From: a virus
IMG/VR virus record: IMGVR_UViG_3300028837_001424
Coordinates: 32,001 to 96,000 of that record
Reading direction: 5' to 3' (one strand)
Length of the DNA: 64,000 nt
Shown: piece after piece, positions 48,800 to 58,477 of the stretch
How positions within the stretch are numbered: the first letter of the stretch is position 1
Layout of the letters: every line of letters begins with the position of its first letter
The notes under the pieces: model-generated
Told to the model about the DNA's origin: nothing
What the model saw: only the letters and a program-made list of their open reading frames with translations
The model's database searches: none
Program-made: the position numbers and the translations under genes

Positions 48800-51700
48800 A
48801 TGTACTTAACTCCCAATCAACTTACGAGCGTGCGGAACAGGCCTCACCGAACGACTCTCTGGTTGGGCATCTATCAACCTGTCACCGTATTCTCTGCTCA
48901 GATTAATATGCCAGCCATTGCCAAGGGGGAGCGGGCCATTACTGTTACGTCACTAAGCGGCGCGCCAGCAAGCGTTGTGGATGGTATGACTGCGTATTTT
49001 GGCGTTAGTGCGGGCAATAAAAATCTAGGCAGAATCAGAGTTCGGGCGGCAACCGCGACTACAATTACCCTCGCAGAAAACTCTATCAATTGGTCAAATG
49101 GATGGTATCTAACCATTGTTCGGTACTTTGAACCCTGGACGGTTATGCCGCGAATCGTACTTGACGATGACAACGTGCCAATCTTTTATAAGGACTATGA
49201 TATTCTTTACACGGATCAAAACCAACTATACGATCCTGTAGTTTGCCTGGGACCGCACCATGCAGGATTTATCGAGTCAGGTATTACTGGCACTCATCAG
49301 GTATGGTACACGTCTAGTGGGAGCTATGATCCTACACCGGGCGGGGGAATAGATAGTTATGACTGGGCCTTTGAGGGCGGCAATCCTTCTGGATCTACAT
49401 CGGCTGATCCTGGCTGGGTAACTTATACTGGTTGCGGGCATTTCACAACTTCGCTTGAAATCACCACGGATGATTCTAAGAGCTTTACAGGATATAGGCA
49501 CGTTCAGATACTAACAAAGCCAGAGAACGCCGTGCCAGGCTGCCTACCGATAGCTGGCTGGGGTTTAAAGAGCCTTGAGGGCGACCGTGATGGTGGCGGC
49601 TACACGGCAGGGATTTGGGTGCGCCAACCGATCGATCTTGATAATATTGTTGATGGCTCTCTGTGTGTTATTTTCTCAGAGGATTGGGAAGGTACACAGG
49701 AAACCAAAGTCGGCGCAAATGCCGAGAATCGAGATCATACCCTGTTTGTCGGCTACATTGTAAAAGATAGCATAAGATATGATGCGGTTACCAGTGTTGT
49801 TGAATTTGACGTAGAAAATGCTTTGCTTGTTATGGAAAATTCGTCTACCATTTTCACCGCTATTTTGGATGATAAAAGAACAGCAAGTACTTGGAACGAA
49901 TTAAGAGACATGACAATGGATCGTGCCTTGGTTCATTTTTTACGCTGGCATTCAACCCTATTGAAAGTGTCTGATTTCTCTCCCACGGGCAATACCAAGA
50001 ACGTCAAGAGTCAAGTGTTTAGTGGTCAGAACATTTACGAAATATGCAACACGATGATGGAGAGTAGCTTATTGGCTCACATGGTGTCCGATAGGCAGGG
50101 TAAAGTATGGACCGAGATTGATGCAAGTGTGATGCCTACGGGAAGTGCCCGCATGGCCACTGGTAGCTCGCGCCATGGCATCGGTCATATGCAAGACGTG
50201 ATCAGTATGACTCGTCAAGATTGGCGCAACGAGATCTCCATTGAAAGAGAACCCGCTTGTGAATTAGCTTATTTAGAACTAGGCGGCATAGCCTATTCAG
50301 GAAATGTGACTGGTACGATTGATCCATTCCTTTCGGGAGCTCCGGGAGTAGCGCCAGATTATCATGGTGGCATTGAAAGATATAGTGGCCTTGTTATTGA
50401 TGGACAAGCTGGACTAAATGAAATCACAGGATATTCTTGGGCAAGAAAAAATGCAGTTTATCCGATTGTAAGTATTCCACTCGCCGGCGATTACCGATTC
50501 CTTGACATAGCGCCTCAACAAAGAGTTTTGCTTAATGTTGAAGAATCGGATACTTGGCGACGGATAAACTTTGTCGAAAAGTCGTTTATTCCTCAAGCAA
50601 TAAGTTACGATTGGAGTGCGGATCATCAAGTATTGCTTATGGACATGGACTTGAGGGAGGAAACATATGGATACCTTGCCGATTCGGTGATTATTCCAAC
50701 AGATCCGCCTTGGGATGATCCAAGATTACCTATTTGGACGATTGATTTTCCTCCAATTATTCCGCCTGAACCTTGGGAACCTCCAATTACGCCACCAGAA
50801 GGTTCTGGCGGGCTAGTTTATGTAATGACTTCCAATAAATTGACTCGAACGCGAAACGGAAATGCACCTACAGGCATCATGGTCAATTGGGAGGACATTA
50901 CCCCAAACTATGGAGATGACGGCATTACTGGAAGTATGTGGGGCTTCTGGCTTGATACTGCAGATCCAGAAAATTTTGGTTATCTACACACAAGAGTAGG
51001 TGCCAGTGACGGTTATATTTATAGAATCAGTCAACTGAATAGCGCAACACCAGTTTATACTGAGATTCTAAATCCTGCTCAATGGGACGCTATAATAGGT
51101 GCCCCTGACTATGGTGGCCAATTACGTGATTTTAGCCAATCGCCCGTAATGCCGAATGTTTGTTGGTTACTTGGCGACGACGATAGTGGCTCATGGAGAT
51201 TGAGAATTGCATGGTCACCAGATTATGGTGTTAACTGGAATCTAGTAGCAACTGGCGAGCGCGACATAAGAGACGAGCGCAATTTGTGTATTGATGCATC
51301 TGAGTGGTCATCCCCATCCGCATATCAAGGCTGGAATGCATATCGTTGGGGTCAAGATGGCCTTATGCGTACTCAGACGATGGGCGGAGTTTGGGTACAA
51401 ACTAACGCGCCGAACTTTAATGAACTACATGATTTTGTTATACCATACGAAGATAATGCGGGAGATAACAAGCTCTATGTATCTAGCGAGTCAGGAGCAA
51501 ATAAGGTTCTTTATTACGGTCTAACAATGTATCTTGGCGACTTGACTGTGATAACACCATCATATGATGGTTATAATTGGGGGCGAAAACGCAGTGGCCA
51601 GAGGAGCGGGAATTATAGAGGCCTTGGTGTCTGTCGACATGATTCTAATAAACTTGGATTCTGGCTACAAAGAGCAGTTGCCGAACCAGGAGATCATGCC

Positions 51701-51985
51701 GTCTCGGTATTTTTCCGTAGTACTACAGGCCCGTTTGGCCTTGTACCTCTATATTCAATAAATACTTTTATGTGCATCCAAGATTGGCACAAGAACAATG
51801 ACAGTATTCTTTGGGCACTAGGCATGTTGTATAGCTCACAGCCTGGGAAGATTATACGAACACTTAATTTTGGCGATAAGTGGGACGATTTGACGCCAGC
51901 ATGGGAGCGGGATATAGGAACAATAGGTGCGCCCGATAATCTAGGTTTTAATCCGATGTCGCTACAGATTTGTTGGACGGTATAA
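48800..51985 (+). CDS. Tail hub/adsorption protein with PKD-like and BNR/propeller-like regions
   Basis: SYDP...SYDWAF.GG.P (PKD-like); SPDYGVNW and TLNFGDKW Asp-boxes; Pro-rich linker. Confidence 0.65.
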   Translation: MYLTPNQLTSVRNRPHRTTLWLGIYQPVTVFSAQINMPAIAKGERAITVTSLSGAPASVVDGMTAYFGVSAGNKNLGRIRVRAATATTITLAENSINWSNGWYLTIVRYFEPWTVMPRIVLDDDNVPIFYKDYDILYTDQNQLYDPVVCLGPHHAGFIESGITGTHQVWYTSSGSYDPTPGGGIDSYDWAFEGGNPSGSTSADPGWVTYTGCGHFTTSLEITTDDSKSFTGYRHVQILTKPENAVPGCLPIAGWGLKSLEGDRDGGGYTAGIWVRQPIDLDNIVDGSLCVIFSEDWEGTQETKVGANAENRDHTLFVGYIVKDSIRYDAVTSVVEFDVENALLVMENSSTIFTAILDDKRTASTWNELRDMTMDRALVHFLRWHSTLLKVSDFSPTGNTKNVKSQVFSGQNIYEICNTMMESSLLAHMVSDRQGKVWTEIDASVMPTGSARMATGSSRHGIGHMQDVISMTRQDWRNEISIEREPACELAYLELGGIAYSGNVTGTIDPFLSGAPGVAPDYHGGIERYSGLVIDGQAGLNEITGYSWARKNAVYPIVSIPLAGDYRFLDIAPQQRVLLNVEESDTWRRINFVEKSFIPQAISYDWSADHQVLLMDMDLREETYGYLADSVIIPTDPPWDDPRLPIWTIDFPPIIPPEPWEPPITPPEGSGGLVYVMTSNKLTRTRNGNAPTGIMVNWEDITPNYGDDGITGSMWGFWLDTADPENFGYLHTRVGASDGYIYRISQLNSATPVYTEILNPAQWDAIIGAPDYGGQLRDFSQSPVMPNVCWLLGDDDSGSWRLRIAWSPDYGVNWNLVATGERDIRDERNLCIDASEWSSPSAYQGWNAYRWGQDGLMRTQTMGGVWVQTNAPNFNELHDFVIPYEDNAGDNKLYVSSESGANKVLYYGLTMYLGDLTVITPSYDGYNWGRKRSGQRSGNYRGLGVCRHDSNKLGFWLQRAVAEPGDHAVSVFFRSTTGPFGLVPLYSINTFMCIQDWHKNNDSILWALGMLYSSQPGKIIRTLNFGDKWDDLTPAWERDIGTIGAPDNLGFNPMSLQICWTV

Positions 51986-53439
51986 TGGGAAAAGGCAAAA
52001 AAAGACTAGAGGGCGCATTATCTAAGCTTATTGGAGATAAGGCCGACAAGCTTGAGTTGGTGCCGGCTAGCGTCGGTGCGTACATAAATGGTCGCAAGAC
52101 GGTCCAGGTTGTCGATAAGCCCGATTATATTTGGGTTCGTGTTCGAGGTACTACAGAGCAGAGGACACAGGCATTTAATTCGCATCCATCAGGCGTTGGT
52201 CACCATTGGGATTTGCCAGTTCTAATCTATAAAGATCCTGCCTTTCCTCAAATCTGGAAGGTGTATGGCAGAGACATTGAGAGATACACTGATTGGGAAG
52301 GTGTAGCATATCAAGTACCTCATGGAAGGAGTCATTCTTTTTTAGGCGGCTCTCAGAAGTGTGGTGATGATCCAGTGTGGGTTGCCCGCGAGCAAATCAC
52401 GCCATTACAACCTCACCCGAAACCTACTGGCACATGTGCTATTGATATAAGTTCTGACTTCTATTATTTCGGTGGTCGTTATCATTGGTTTACTGCAACT
52501 GGCACTATTGATCTTTGTGCTAGTTTTCTACCCACTGGTGGTCATCATGGCAAGTTTGTCACGGTTTATCTTGATGGTGATACAGGGAATCCTGCTTATC
52601 TTGAAGGACCTGAATTTGATCTTATTCTTGCTCCCACCGATCCTGGTATTTATATTTCTGTGCCAACTGACGAGCAGGGTGTACCAGTTGCAGCCTGTTT
52701 AATGACAACTGGAACCACATGGGTCGGATGGGGTGAACTATACGACTTAAGATTTATTCAATCACCAGTTGTTGCTACTGGTTCATATGTGTGGATTTAC
52801 GACGAAGGTGCTATCCAGGGACGGGTGCATTCATTAAATTTCGAGGGTGACGGAATCGCAGCTATTGTTTCGGGTAGTTTTGTGCATATCGTTTATACGC
52901 CACCAGCAGCGTCTTTGGGCGCAACCATGCACTGGGACGATGGTTCGCCTCTTTGTACTGGTACAATTATTGATTGGGGTAATAATCTTGATGTCTCTTG
53001 TAGTGGCACAGTGGTCCGTGTTGATGCATCGGGACTAGGAACCGAGGTTTTACTAAAAACGGCCCACAGTGATGCCGCTGATGCACATACGACAGATAAT
53101 ACGTGGGAAGACATTGACAGTATGGTTGTATTGATTTCTCCAACACAATCCTGTGATATTAAATCTGATATTACGTTTGAATGTAGCCCCGCGTCTGTCA
53201 ACTGGGAGCATTGGGCCATAAGGTTTGTACTTAATACTGGTACGTTTAGCGAAAATTGGGAGCGCGGCAAAGATGCTAATGCTGATCAAGATTGGCTAAA
53301 GCTTTTCCATTGCCATACTGTATTTGAAAACGTGTCTGCAGGCACACATCAAGTAAAGGCGCAATGGTGGGACAGAGGCTCTAACATGGACCTAACGTTT
53401 CAATCAAGACGATTAACGGTCACGACAATAGAAAGGTAA
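51985..53439 (+). CDS. Tail fibre/baseplate-related protein
   Basis: TAATG coupling; DEG...LNFEGDG motif. Confidence 0.55.
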   Translation: MGKGKKRLEGALSKLIGDKADKLELVPASVGAYINGRKTVQVVDKPDYIWVRVRGTTEQRTQAFNSHPSGVGHHWDLPVLIYKDPAFPQIWKVYGRDIERYTDWEGVAYQVPHGRSHSFLGGSQKCGDDPVWVAREQITPLQPHPKPTGTCAIDISSDFYYFGGRYHWFTATGTIDLCASFLPTGGHHGKFVTVYLDGDTGNPAYLEGPEFDLILAPTDPGIYISVPTDEQGVPVAACLMTTGTTWVGWGELYDLRFIQSPVVATGSYVWIYDEGAIQGRVHSLNFEGDGIAAIVSGSFVHIVYTPPAASLGATMHWDDGSPLCTGTIIDWGNNLDVSCSGTVVRVDASGLGTEVLLKTAHSDAADAHTTDNTWEDIDSMVVLISPTQSCDIKSDITFECSPASVNWEHWAIRFVLNTGTFSENWERGKDANADQDWLKLFHCHTVFENVSAGTHQVKAQWWDRGSNMDLTFQSRRLTVTTIER

Positions 53440-53537
53440 TAGAATCAATTTATCCAAATTCTACGGTGCAAATTATCTTGCTAATTGTCGATTGAAGGAT
53501 TATTGTTTATAAGCACTTCGCTTTTGTGAGGTTCTAA

Positions 53538-53879
53538 ATGGCTGGGAACAAAAACAGTAAAAACAGCGGGCGTGTATCGACTCAGCAATTTCATGACGAG
53601 CAAATAAAAGCAACCGAGGCAATTGGTGACATTAGATTAGAGATGTCCGCGATGGAGCTACGCATTGTAGAGAAAATCAATAAGACAATAACCGATGGAA
53701 TCACGGCACAACTCGAATACCAGAAAGGGGCAGACGCCAAGTTCGCCGCCGACAAGGTTCGCATTGGCACACTAGAAGGTAATGTTGAAAAACTAGAGAA
53801 GTGGGATAAACGAATAGGAGTCGTATCTGCAATTAGCACAATTATAGGTGGAATTCTTGGAATAGATAGACTTAGTTAA
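53538..53879 (+). CDS. Coiled-coil protein with C-terminal TM helix (lysis-associated?)
   Basis: Heptad region plus hydrophobic tail. Confidence 0.45.
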   Translation: MAGNKNSKNSGRVSTQQFHDEQIKATEAIGDIRLEMSAMELRIVEKINKTITDGITAQLEYQKGADAKFAADKVRIGTLEGNVEKLEKWDKRIGVVSAISTIIGGILGIDRLS

Positions 53880-53907
53880 TTGGGGAAGTGAGTAACAGGA
53901 GGATAAT

Positions 53908-54219
53908 ATGGATGCACCACTCTTTATAACCGCAACCGCTCTTGCCGCCTTTGTTGTGGAACTGGTGAAATACCTGATCCGCAACTTCATACTGAAAGAC
54001 CCTGAGTTTGACTTTGCACCGATTTTCTACGAGATCGGCGTCCCGCTTGTGGTTTTTCTTTCTGAGCTACTGCTAGGATTAGCAGAGCTTGGACCAATGC
54101 CCGAATTTAGCCTTGTGTTCTTTGCTCGTTGGTTCATCGGTGTAGTGATTGCGCTGGGAACTTACATGCTTACAATCAAGCCGCACAAGGTCTACCGCGC
54201 AAGTCTGCGAGATCAATAA
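53908..54219 (+). CDS. Holin-like membrane protein
   Basis: Three hydrophobic segments, basic C-terminus, AGGAGG RBS. Confidence 0.55.
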   Translation: MDAPLFITATALAAFVVELVKYLIRNFILKDPEFDFAPIFYEIGVPLVVFLSELLLGLAELGPMPEFSLVFFARWFIGVVIALGTYMLTIKPHKVYRASLRDQ

Positions 54220-54250
54220 TCTCGCTTTCTCACTTCCCACCCCCCGCGAC

Positions 54251-54275
54251 AGCCGCCCTCATCGTGAGGGCGGCT
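54251..54275 (+). terminator. Hairpin
   Basis: AGCCGCCCTCA / TGAGGGCGGCT. Confidence 0.5.
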
Positions 54276-54321
54276 TGGATTAAACAAATCTTCGCAAAAT
54301 TGATGTATAATATTATATAAA

Positions 54322-54687
54322 ATGAAAAAGCTTATAAGTAGTGGATTAATTAGGTCTGGCAGTATACTACCATGGGTTTTTATGTACGAGGAAAATTTTG
54401 AGGATTGGTTTGTTAATAATCAATATAACAGAAGCTTTTTTGAGGACTTTGAGGACGATTGGTCTACCGACAACGCATTCGTGTCCTCCGTCTTTACTGA
54501 AGAGTTCGAGAGTTGGCCGTTGCCTGGCACATGGGTTGTGACATTCACTGATGTTTTCGAGAGTAATTGGTTCGTCGATAATGCGTATGGAGTATTGCTA
54601 GAAGAAGATTTTGAGTCAACTTGGTCCCTCGACAATGCGTTTGATACTCCAGTCATGACAGAGGATTTTGAAAATGGAGTTTGGTGA
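54322..54687 (+). CDS. Acidic repeat protein (EDFExxW repeats)
   Basis: Six E/D-x-F-E-x-x-(x)-W units. Confidence 0.55.
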   Translation: MKKLISSGLIRSGSILPWVFMYEENFEDWFVNNQYNRSFFEDFEDDWSTDNAFVSSVFTEEFESWPLPGTWVVTFTDVFESNWFVDNAYGVLLEEDFESTWSLDNAFDTPVMTEDFENGVW

Positions 54688-55232
54688 TGGCAAGGTCAGA
54701 CTGGGATATTGGAGGTGATGGGGGTCAAGGCATTACTGATGTTGATGGGTCGAAGCGGTGCGAATTATCAGGCATAAAGTGGATGGCCTGGAATGGCGAT
54801 TCGGAATTAACCGATGTAGAAATCATCGCAGATATTAGATTATATGGAACGAATGGCTATAATCAAGGCGGTCTATTTCTTAGGGCAGGCGAGGGAGTAG
54901 CACCTGGATCAGACCCGACGTGGAACTGCTATCGGTTTAGGCGTCAATATCAAAGCCACTGTTATCTAGATGTAATCGCAAACGGCGTTAAAACACAATT
55001 AGCATATGCAACGACTAGCTTTAACTATAACCAATGGGTGCGTACTAGGTTTAGAATTGATGGATGGCAAATTTCCGTAGATGAATATTTCGGAAGTGAC
55101 TGGCAACAATTGATGTTGGTCGAGGACACGAGCCATCATCACCTTGACGGTTATGTGGGGCTTATTGGGACCAATACTAATTCTGTAGGCTCGATCTTAT
55201 ATGATGATATTGAGATATCGGAGAAAGCATAA
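54687..55232 (+). CDS. Concanavalin-like beta-sandwich protein
   Basis: GGLFLR, GYVGL, YDDIEI. Confidence 0.55.
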   Translation: MARSDWDIGGDGGQGITDVDGSKRCELSGIKWMAWNGDSELTDVEIIADIRLYGTNGYNQGGLFLRAGEGVAPGSDPTWNCYRFRRQYQSHCYLDVIANGVKTQLAYATTSFNYNQWVRTRFRIDGWQISVDEYFGSDWQQLMLVEDTSHHHLDGYVGLIGTNTNSVGSILYDDIEISEKA

Positions 55233-55258
55233 TAAGAAATTAGTTAGAACTCGCCTCT

Positions 55259-56722
55259 CTAATATCGCCAACCAACGTCATCCCCATATTTATCTTGTGC
55301 GTCAGCATTAATTTGTTCAAGATGATTCCTGGCTTCATAGCTCTTGCCATTGTAAATTGCCGTACCGTTATTGATGAGAATAGGTGTAACGGTGTGATAA
55401 TCTTGATCATCAAAGTATTCAACAACGCCAACACATTGCTGCCAATTCTGTCTGGCCTTTTTACCAGGCACAACGCCATCTATTCTACAAAGACAACCCA
55501 TTGACCATACGCCAACCGTCCTCGCCCCATTGCGCTCGTGTATGGTTTTTAATGCACATTCCACTCTATGGCTATGGCCAATGATGTGAGTTTCGTTGAC
55601 ATCGTTTATCATTGCCGAAACAGTGCCACCAGACTTTGCGCGCACGACTTGTCCGTGTTCACAAACAATATAATCGTTCAACCATACCTGCCCGTTAGGA
55701 TAATCCTCTATCCATTCAACGTCGATGTCGTGTAGGGCCATAATACGAGGGATGCTCATAAGAGGCGGTAAATCAATCCCATCAACTGAACGAAGCCCAA
55801 AAGCCTCCTTGAAATGCTTATTCAAAATATTTGGGATTCTTATTTCGTGATTACCCTGAATTAAGGCCGCACGGGCTTTAGGATCAGCTAGACGGAATTG
55901 CACCATCCACCACTTGCCTTCAATAACGGCGGGTTGTGTCGTCCAGTAATAGTTTGGTGATCGAATAAATTTATCTGTCCAATCAGCTAGATCCAACCAG
56001 TCGCCTAAGTAGATGTGTGCGTCAAAGTGATATGTCTGTGCAATCTGTAAAGCTATATCGAGCGCGCCTCTATCATGGAAAGGCGTGAGCTTTGCCGTGC
56101 GGAGCGATTTCGTAAAACCGAACTGTGCATCAGGGATTATGAGCGCACGCTTCATAAAAGCCGCCTCCTGGGGCTGAGGCTGCTCTAGCTGAGTGACCGT
56201 GATCTCGACTGGCGAAACAACTGGAAATAAAGGAATTGGCTTTTTTCGAACTAGCCACACCTTCACCTGGAACAATGGCTCAACAACAATTTCCTCACAA
56301 CCTTTTGGACCAAACTTAGCACCAACCTCCCACTTATTAATTATGTGTCTTTGTACTTCCCAAATATCCAGGTCGATCTCGCAATATTCTATGAGTTGTT
56401 CGAGCGATGTAATTCTATCGCTCTTTATAGATTCGACAATCATCATATTGTCTTTTTCTTCAAATTCGACCACGGCCATTTCCGGTACTTCTCTACGGCG
56501 CTCCCCCTCTGTTTCTGCTTGGCCATTTAAAACAGCAGACCACTTGCGCTCAATGGACCTGAGCGAGCGCCCTAATGCCTCTGCTATTTCTTTATTCATT
56601 AAGTTGGTGTGGAGCTTACAGTGCTCCAAGAATTTCCGCTCGTCTGGATGCCAGGGACCAGTAATGAAGCCGTCATCATCAATTCTGATGCGGCCCTCAT
56701 ATCTCATTCCTTTATATTCCAT
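55259..56722 (-). CDS. HTH + calcineurin-like metallophosphoesterase
   Basis: EIAEALGRS; IPDAQ, LGDWLD, GNHE, HG, GHSHR, NWQQ. Confidence 0.85.
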   Translation of the reverse strand: MEYKGMRYEGRIRIDDDGFITGPWHPDERKFLEHCKLHTNLMNKEIAEALGRSLRSIERKWSAVLNGQAETEGERRREVPEMAVVEFEEKDNMMIVESIKSDRITSLEQLIEYCEIDLDIWEVQRHIINKWEVGAKFGPKGCEEIVVEPLFQVKVWLVRKKPIPLFPVVSPVEITVTQLEQPQPQEAAFMKRALIIPDAQFGFTKSLRTAKLTPFHDRGALDIALQIAQTYHFDAHIYLGDWLDLADWTDKFIRSPNYYWTTQPAVIEGKWWMVQFRLADPKARAALIQGNHEIRIPNILNKHFKEAFGLRSVDGIDLPPLMSIPRIMALHDIDVEWIEDYPNGQVWLNDYIVCEHGQVVRAKSGGTVSAMINDVNETHIIGHSHRVECALKTIHERNGARTVGVWSMGCLCRIDGVVPGKKARQNWQQCVGVVEYFDDQDYHTVTPILINNGTAIYNGKSYEARNHLEQINADAQDKYGDDVGWRY

Positions 56723-56810
56723 ATGGGGACTCCAAGTTATCGATTTCCCTTCTCACGATAAGCATTATAGACTATTAGTATCTTTTTAGCAAAACAGTTT
56801 GCACCTAAAG

Positions 56811-56838
56811 AAAACACCCCTTTTTCGGGGTTTTTTTC
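56811..56838. terminator. Intrinsic terminator
   Basis: AAAACACCCC...GGGGTTTTTTT. Confidence 0.55.
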
Positions 56839-56859
56839 ATGCCCTAGAACAAAATACCG

Positions 56860-57507
56860 TCAATCATGTTTTACTAGAACGGGCTTCCAGCCACGCTTCA
56901 AGTATCCATCAACCTGCTTGTCAGTTACGTTCTCGTCAACCACTACTTCAATGGCATCTGGTTTCCAAATCCTAAAAATACCAGGACTGAACTCTGGTTC
57001 TCTTGTTGAGCCATCGTCTTGCTGAGGATATTCAGCGATCACTTTCCTATGGGCCAATAAGACAAACGTTTCTCCGATCTTGAAGTCGCGAGGTATCGAG
57101 TTGAGCCGGCGACTTATCCCCATTTCCTCGGCTTCAATTATGAAGTGACCAATTGTGGGATAAAACCTCTTGCCAATCCAGATCAAACCAGCCTTTAGAT
57201 CTTGGCTATTATCGGTTGCCAAGAGGCCTCTACTGACAATTTGATTAATGACACAATGAGCACATTCGGCCAATGGGGCATAACAAGGAACATCTTTAAG
57301 GCAAGCCAAAATCAATCTTTCGGCATCGACCCATGTCCATCCTCTCGCGGGCTTGAAGCCAGTGCCACAACAAGGACAAACCTTGAGAGGAATTGGCAGA
57401 CGGCCACAACGAATTGGAGGCCCTCTACCCACCAGATATTTACCACCTATCTTTCGGTAGCCACAGCCTCGCTTTGATTCAACTGAGATTTTGACAGATG
57501 GATGCAT
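56860..57507 (-). CDS. Cys-rich hypothetical phage protein
   Basis: E.KRGCGYRK.GG.YL, CPCC, G.SRR. Confidence 0.6.
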   Translation of the reverse strand: MHPSVKISVESKRGCGYRKIGGKYLVGRGPPIRCGRLPIPLKVCPCCGTGFKPARGWTWVDAERLILACLKDVPCYAPLAECAHCVINQIVSRGLLATDNSQDLKAGLIWIGKRFYPTIGHFIIEAEEMGISRRLNSIPRDFKIGETFVLLAHRKVIAEYPQQDDGSTREPEFSPGIFRIWKPDAIEVVVDENVTDKQVDGYLKRGWKPVLVKHD

Positions 57508-57571
57508 TTACATCTCCTTATCCAATAGACCTGGCATGGCGGCATGTGGGGGAATTAGTTTGATTCATGTG

Positions 57572-58210
57572 TCACACTGCGAAGTCCTTATGTTTTATTT
57601 TTGTAATTATCCTGCCCCCGCTTCTGTTGCGCAATTCCACCTGCGGGCGCATTACCAATCCTTCAGCAAGAAAATCTCCGAATGTCGATTTTAGACCATC
57701 GCTAACTAAGTCAATGCCAGTGCCTAATTCACCCGTACCCACGATAGGCACGACATCAATCCCTAAAACGCCCGCTATATCCTCTACGTTTTCTCTTTCA
57801 AGCCACACTTCGCCAATGCGAACATCGAACGCAATAAACGACACGCCATCAGGGATATAATTGACGCCGACCTTTTGTATTTTTGCGCCATATCCTTCCC
57901 CATAAATCGTCATGCTCGTTTCGGGATAAGCCGCCAGGAATTTTTCTTTAGGAAATATAGTTTGTAATTTAGAGAATAGGAATGTGGGCATTTGCGCTCT
58001 CTCTGTTCTGCCCCCCAGTCTCACTTCCCCATCCTCGCAATCCCACATAACACGGATATTTGTGCCATCTATCTTCTCTGTGAATACCCAAGTATTACTC
58101 TTTAGATAATCGAACTCTTGCAGGGCGTATAGTCCCCATAGAAGAGTCTTATAGTTGTTCTCTGGATCACGCAGAAACACAGTCTTGATTTTCGGGTATT
58201 TGTCACTCAT
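57572..58210 (-). CDS. ATP-dependent RNA ligase (Rnl2-like nucleotidyltransferase)
   Basis: TEKIDGTN (motif I), YGEG, FDV, EGLV, KIK. Confidence 0.85.
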   Translation of the reverse strand: MSDKYPKIKTVFLRDPENNYKTLLWGLYALQEFDYLKSNTWVFTEKIDGTNIRVMWDCEDGEVRLGGRTERAQMPTFLFSKLQTIFPKEKFLAAYPETSMTIYGEGYGAKIQKVGVNYIPDGVSFIAFDVRIGEVWLERENVEDIAGVLGIDVVPIVGTGELGTGIDLVSDGLKSTFGDFLAEGLVMRPQVELRNRSGGRIITKIKHKDFAV

Positions 58211-58246
58211 CTCTCTCGCCTCAAAACGCAATATACTCGTGGCTCG

Positions 58247-58477
58247 TCACTCAAACTTTTCATGCCATTTATCATAAACGTCTCGACTAACTTTCATAGT
58301 AGAAACGATGCGAATTTCGTCATCAAATTGATCTTGAAGTTCTATCATCCATTCCCACGGTTCCTGATCTATAAAACAGTTATCTAGTTTCCAGTCCGAG
58401 TTCGGTTTATTGTTCCGCCAAATATATGAGATGAAGTAGCAGTTATTATTCATTTCAATCTCCTTCTGATTGAACAT
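58247..58477 (-). CDS. Small hypothetical protein
   Basis: In minus-strand operon. Confidence 0.45.
   Translation of the reverse strand: MFNQKEIEMNNNCYFISYIWRNNKPNSDWKLDNCFIDQEPWEWMIELQDQFDDEIRIVSTMKVSRDVYDKWHEKFE

Noticed and set aside
56193-56789. Long antisense ORFs (e.g. 56193-56789, 60333-60992, 7659-8177)
   Set aside because: Shadows of well-supported genes on the opposite strand
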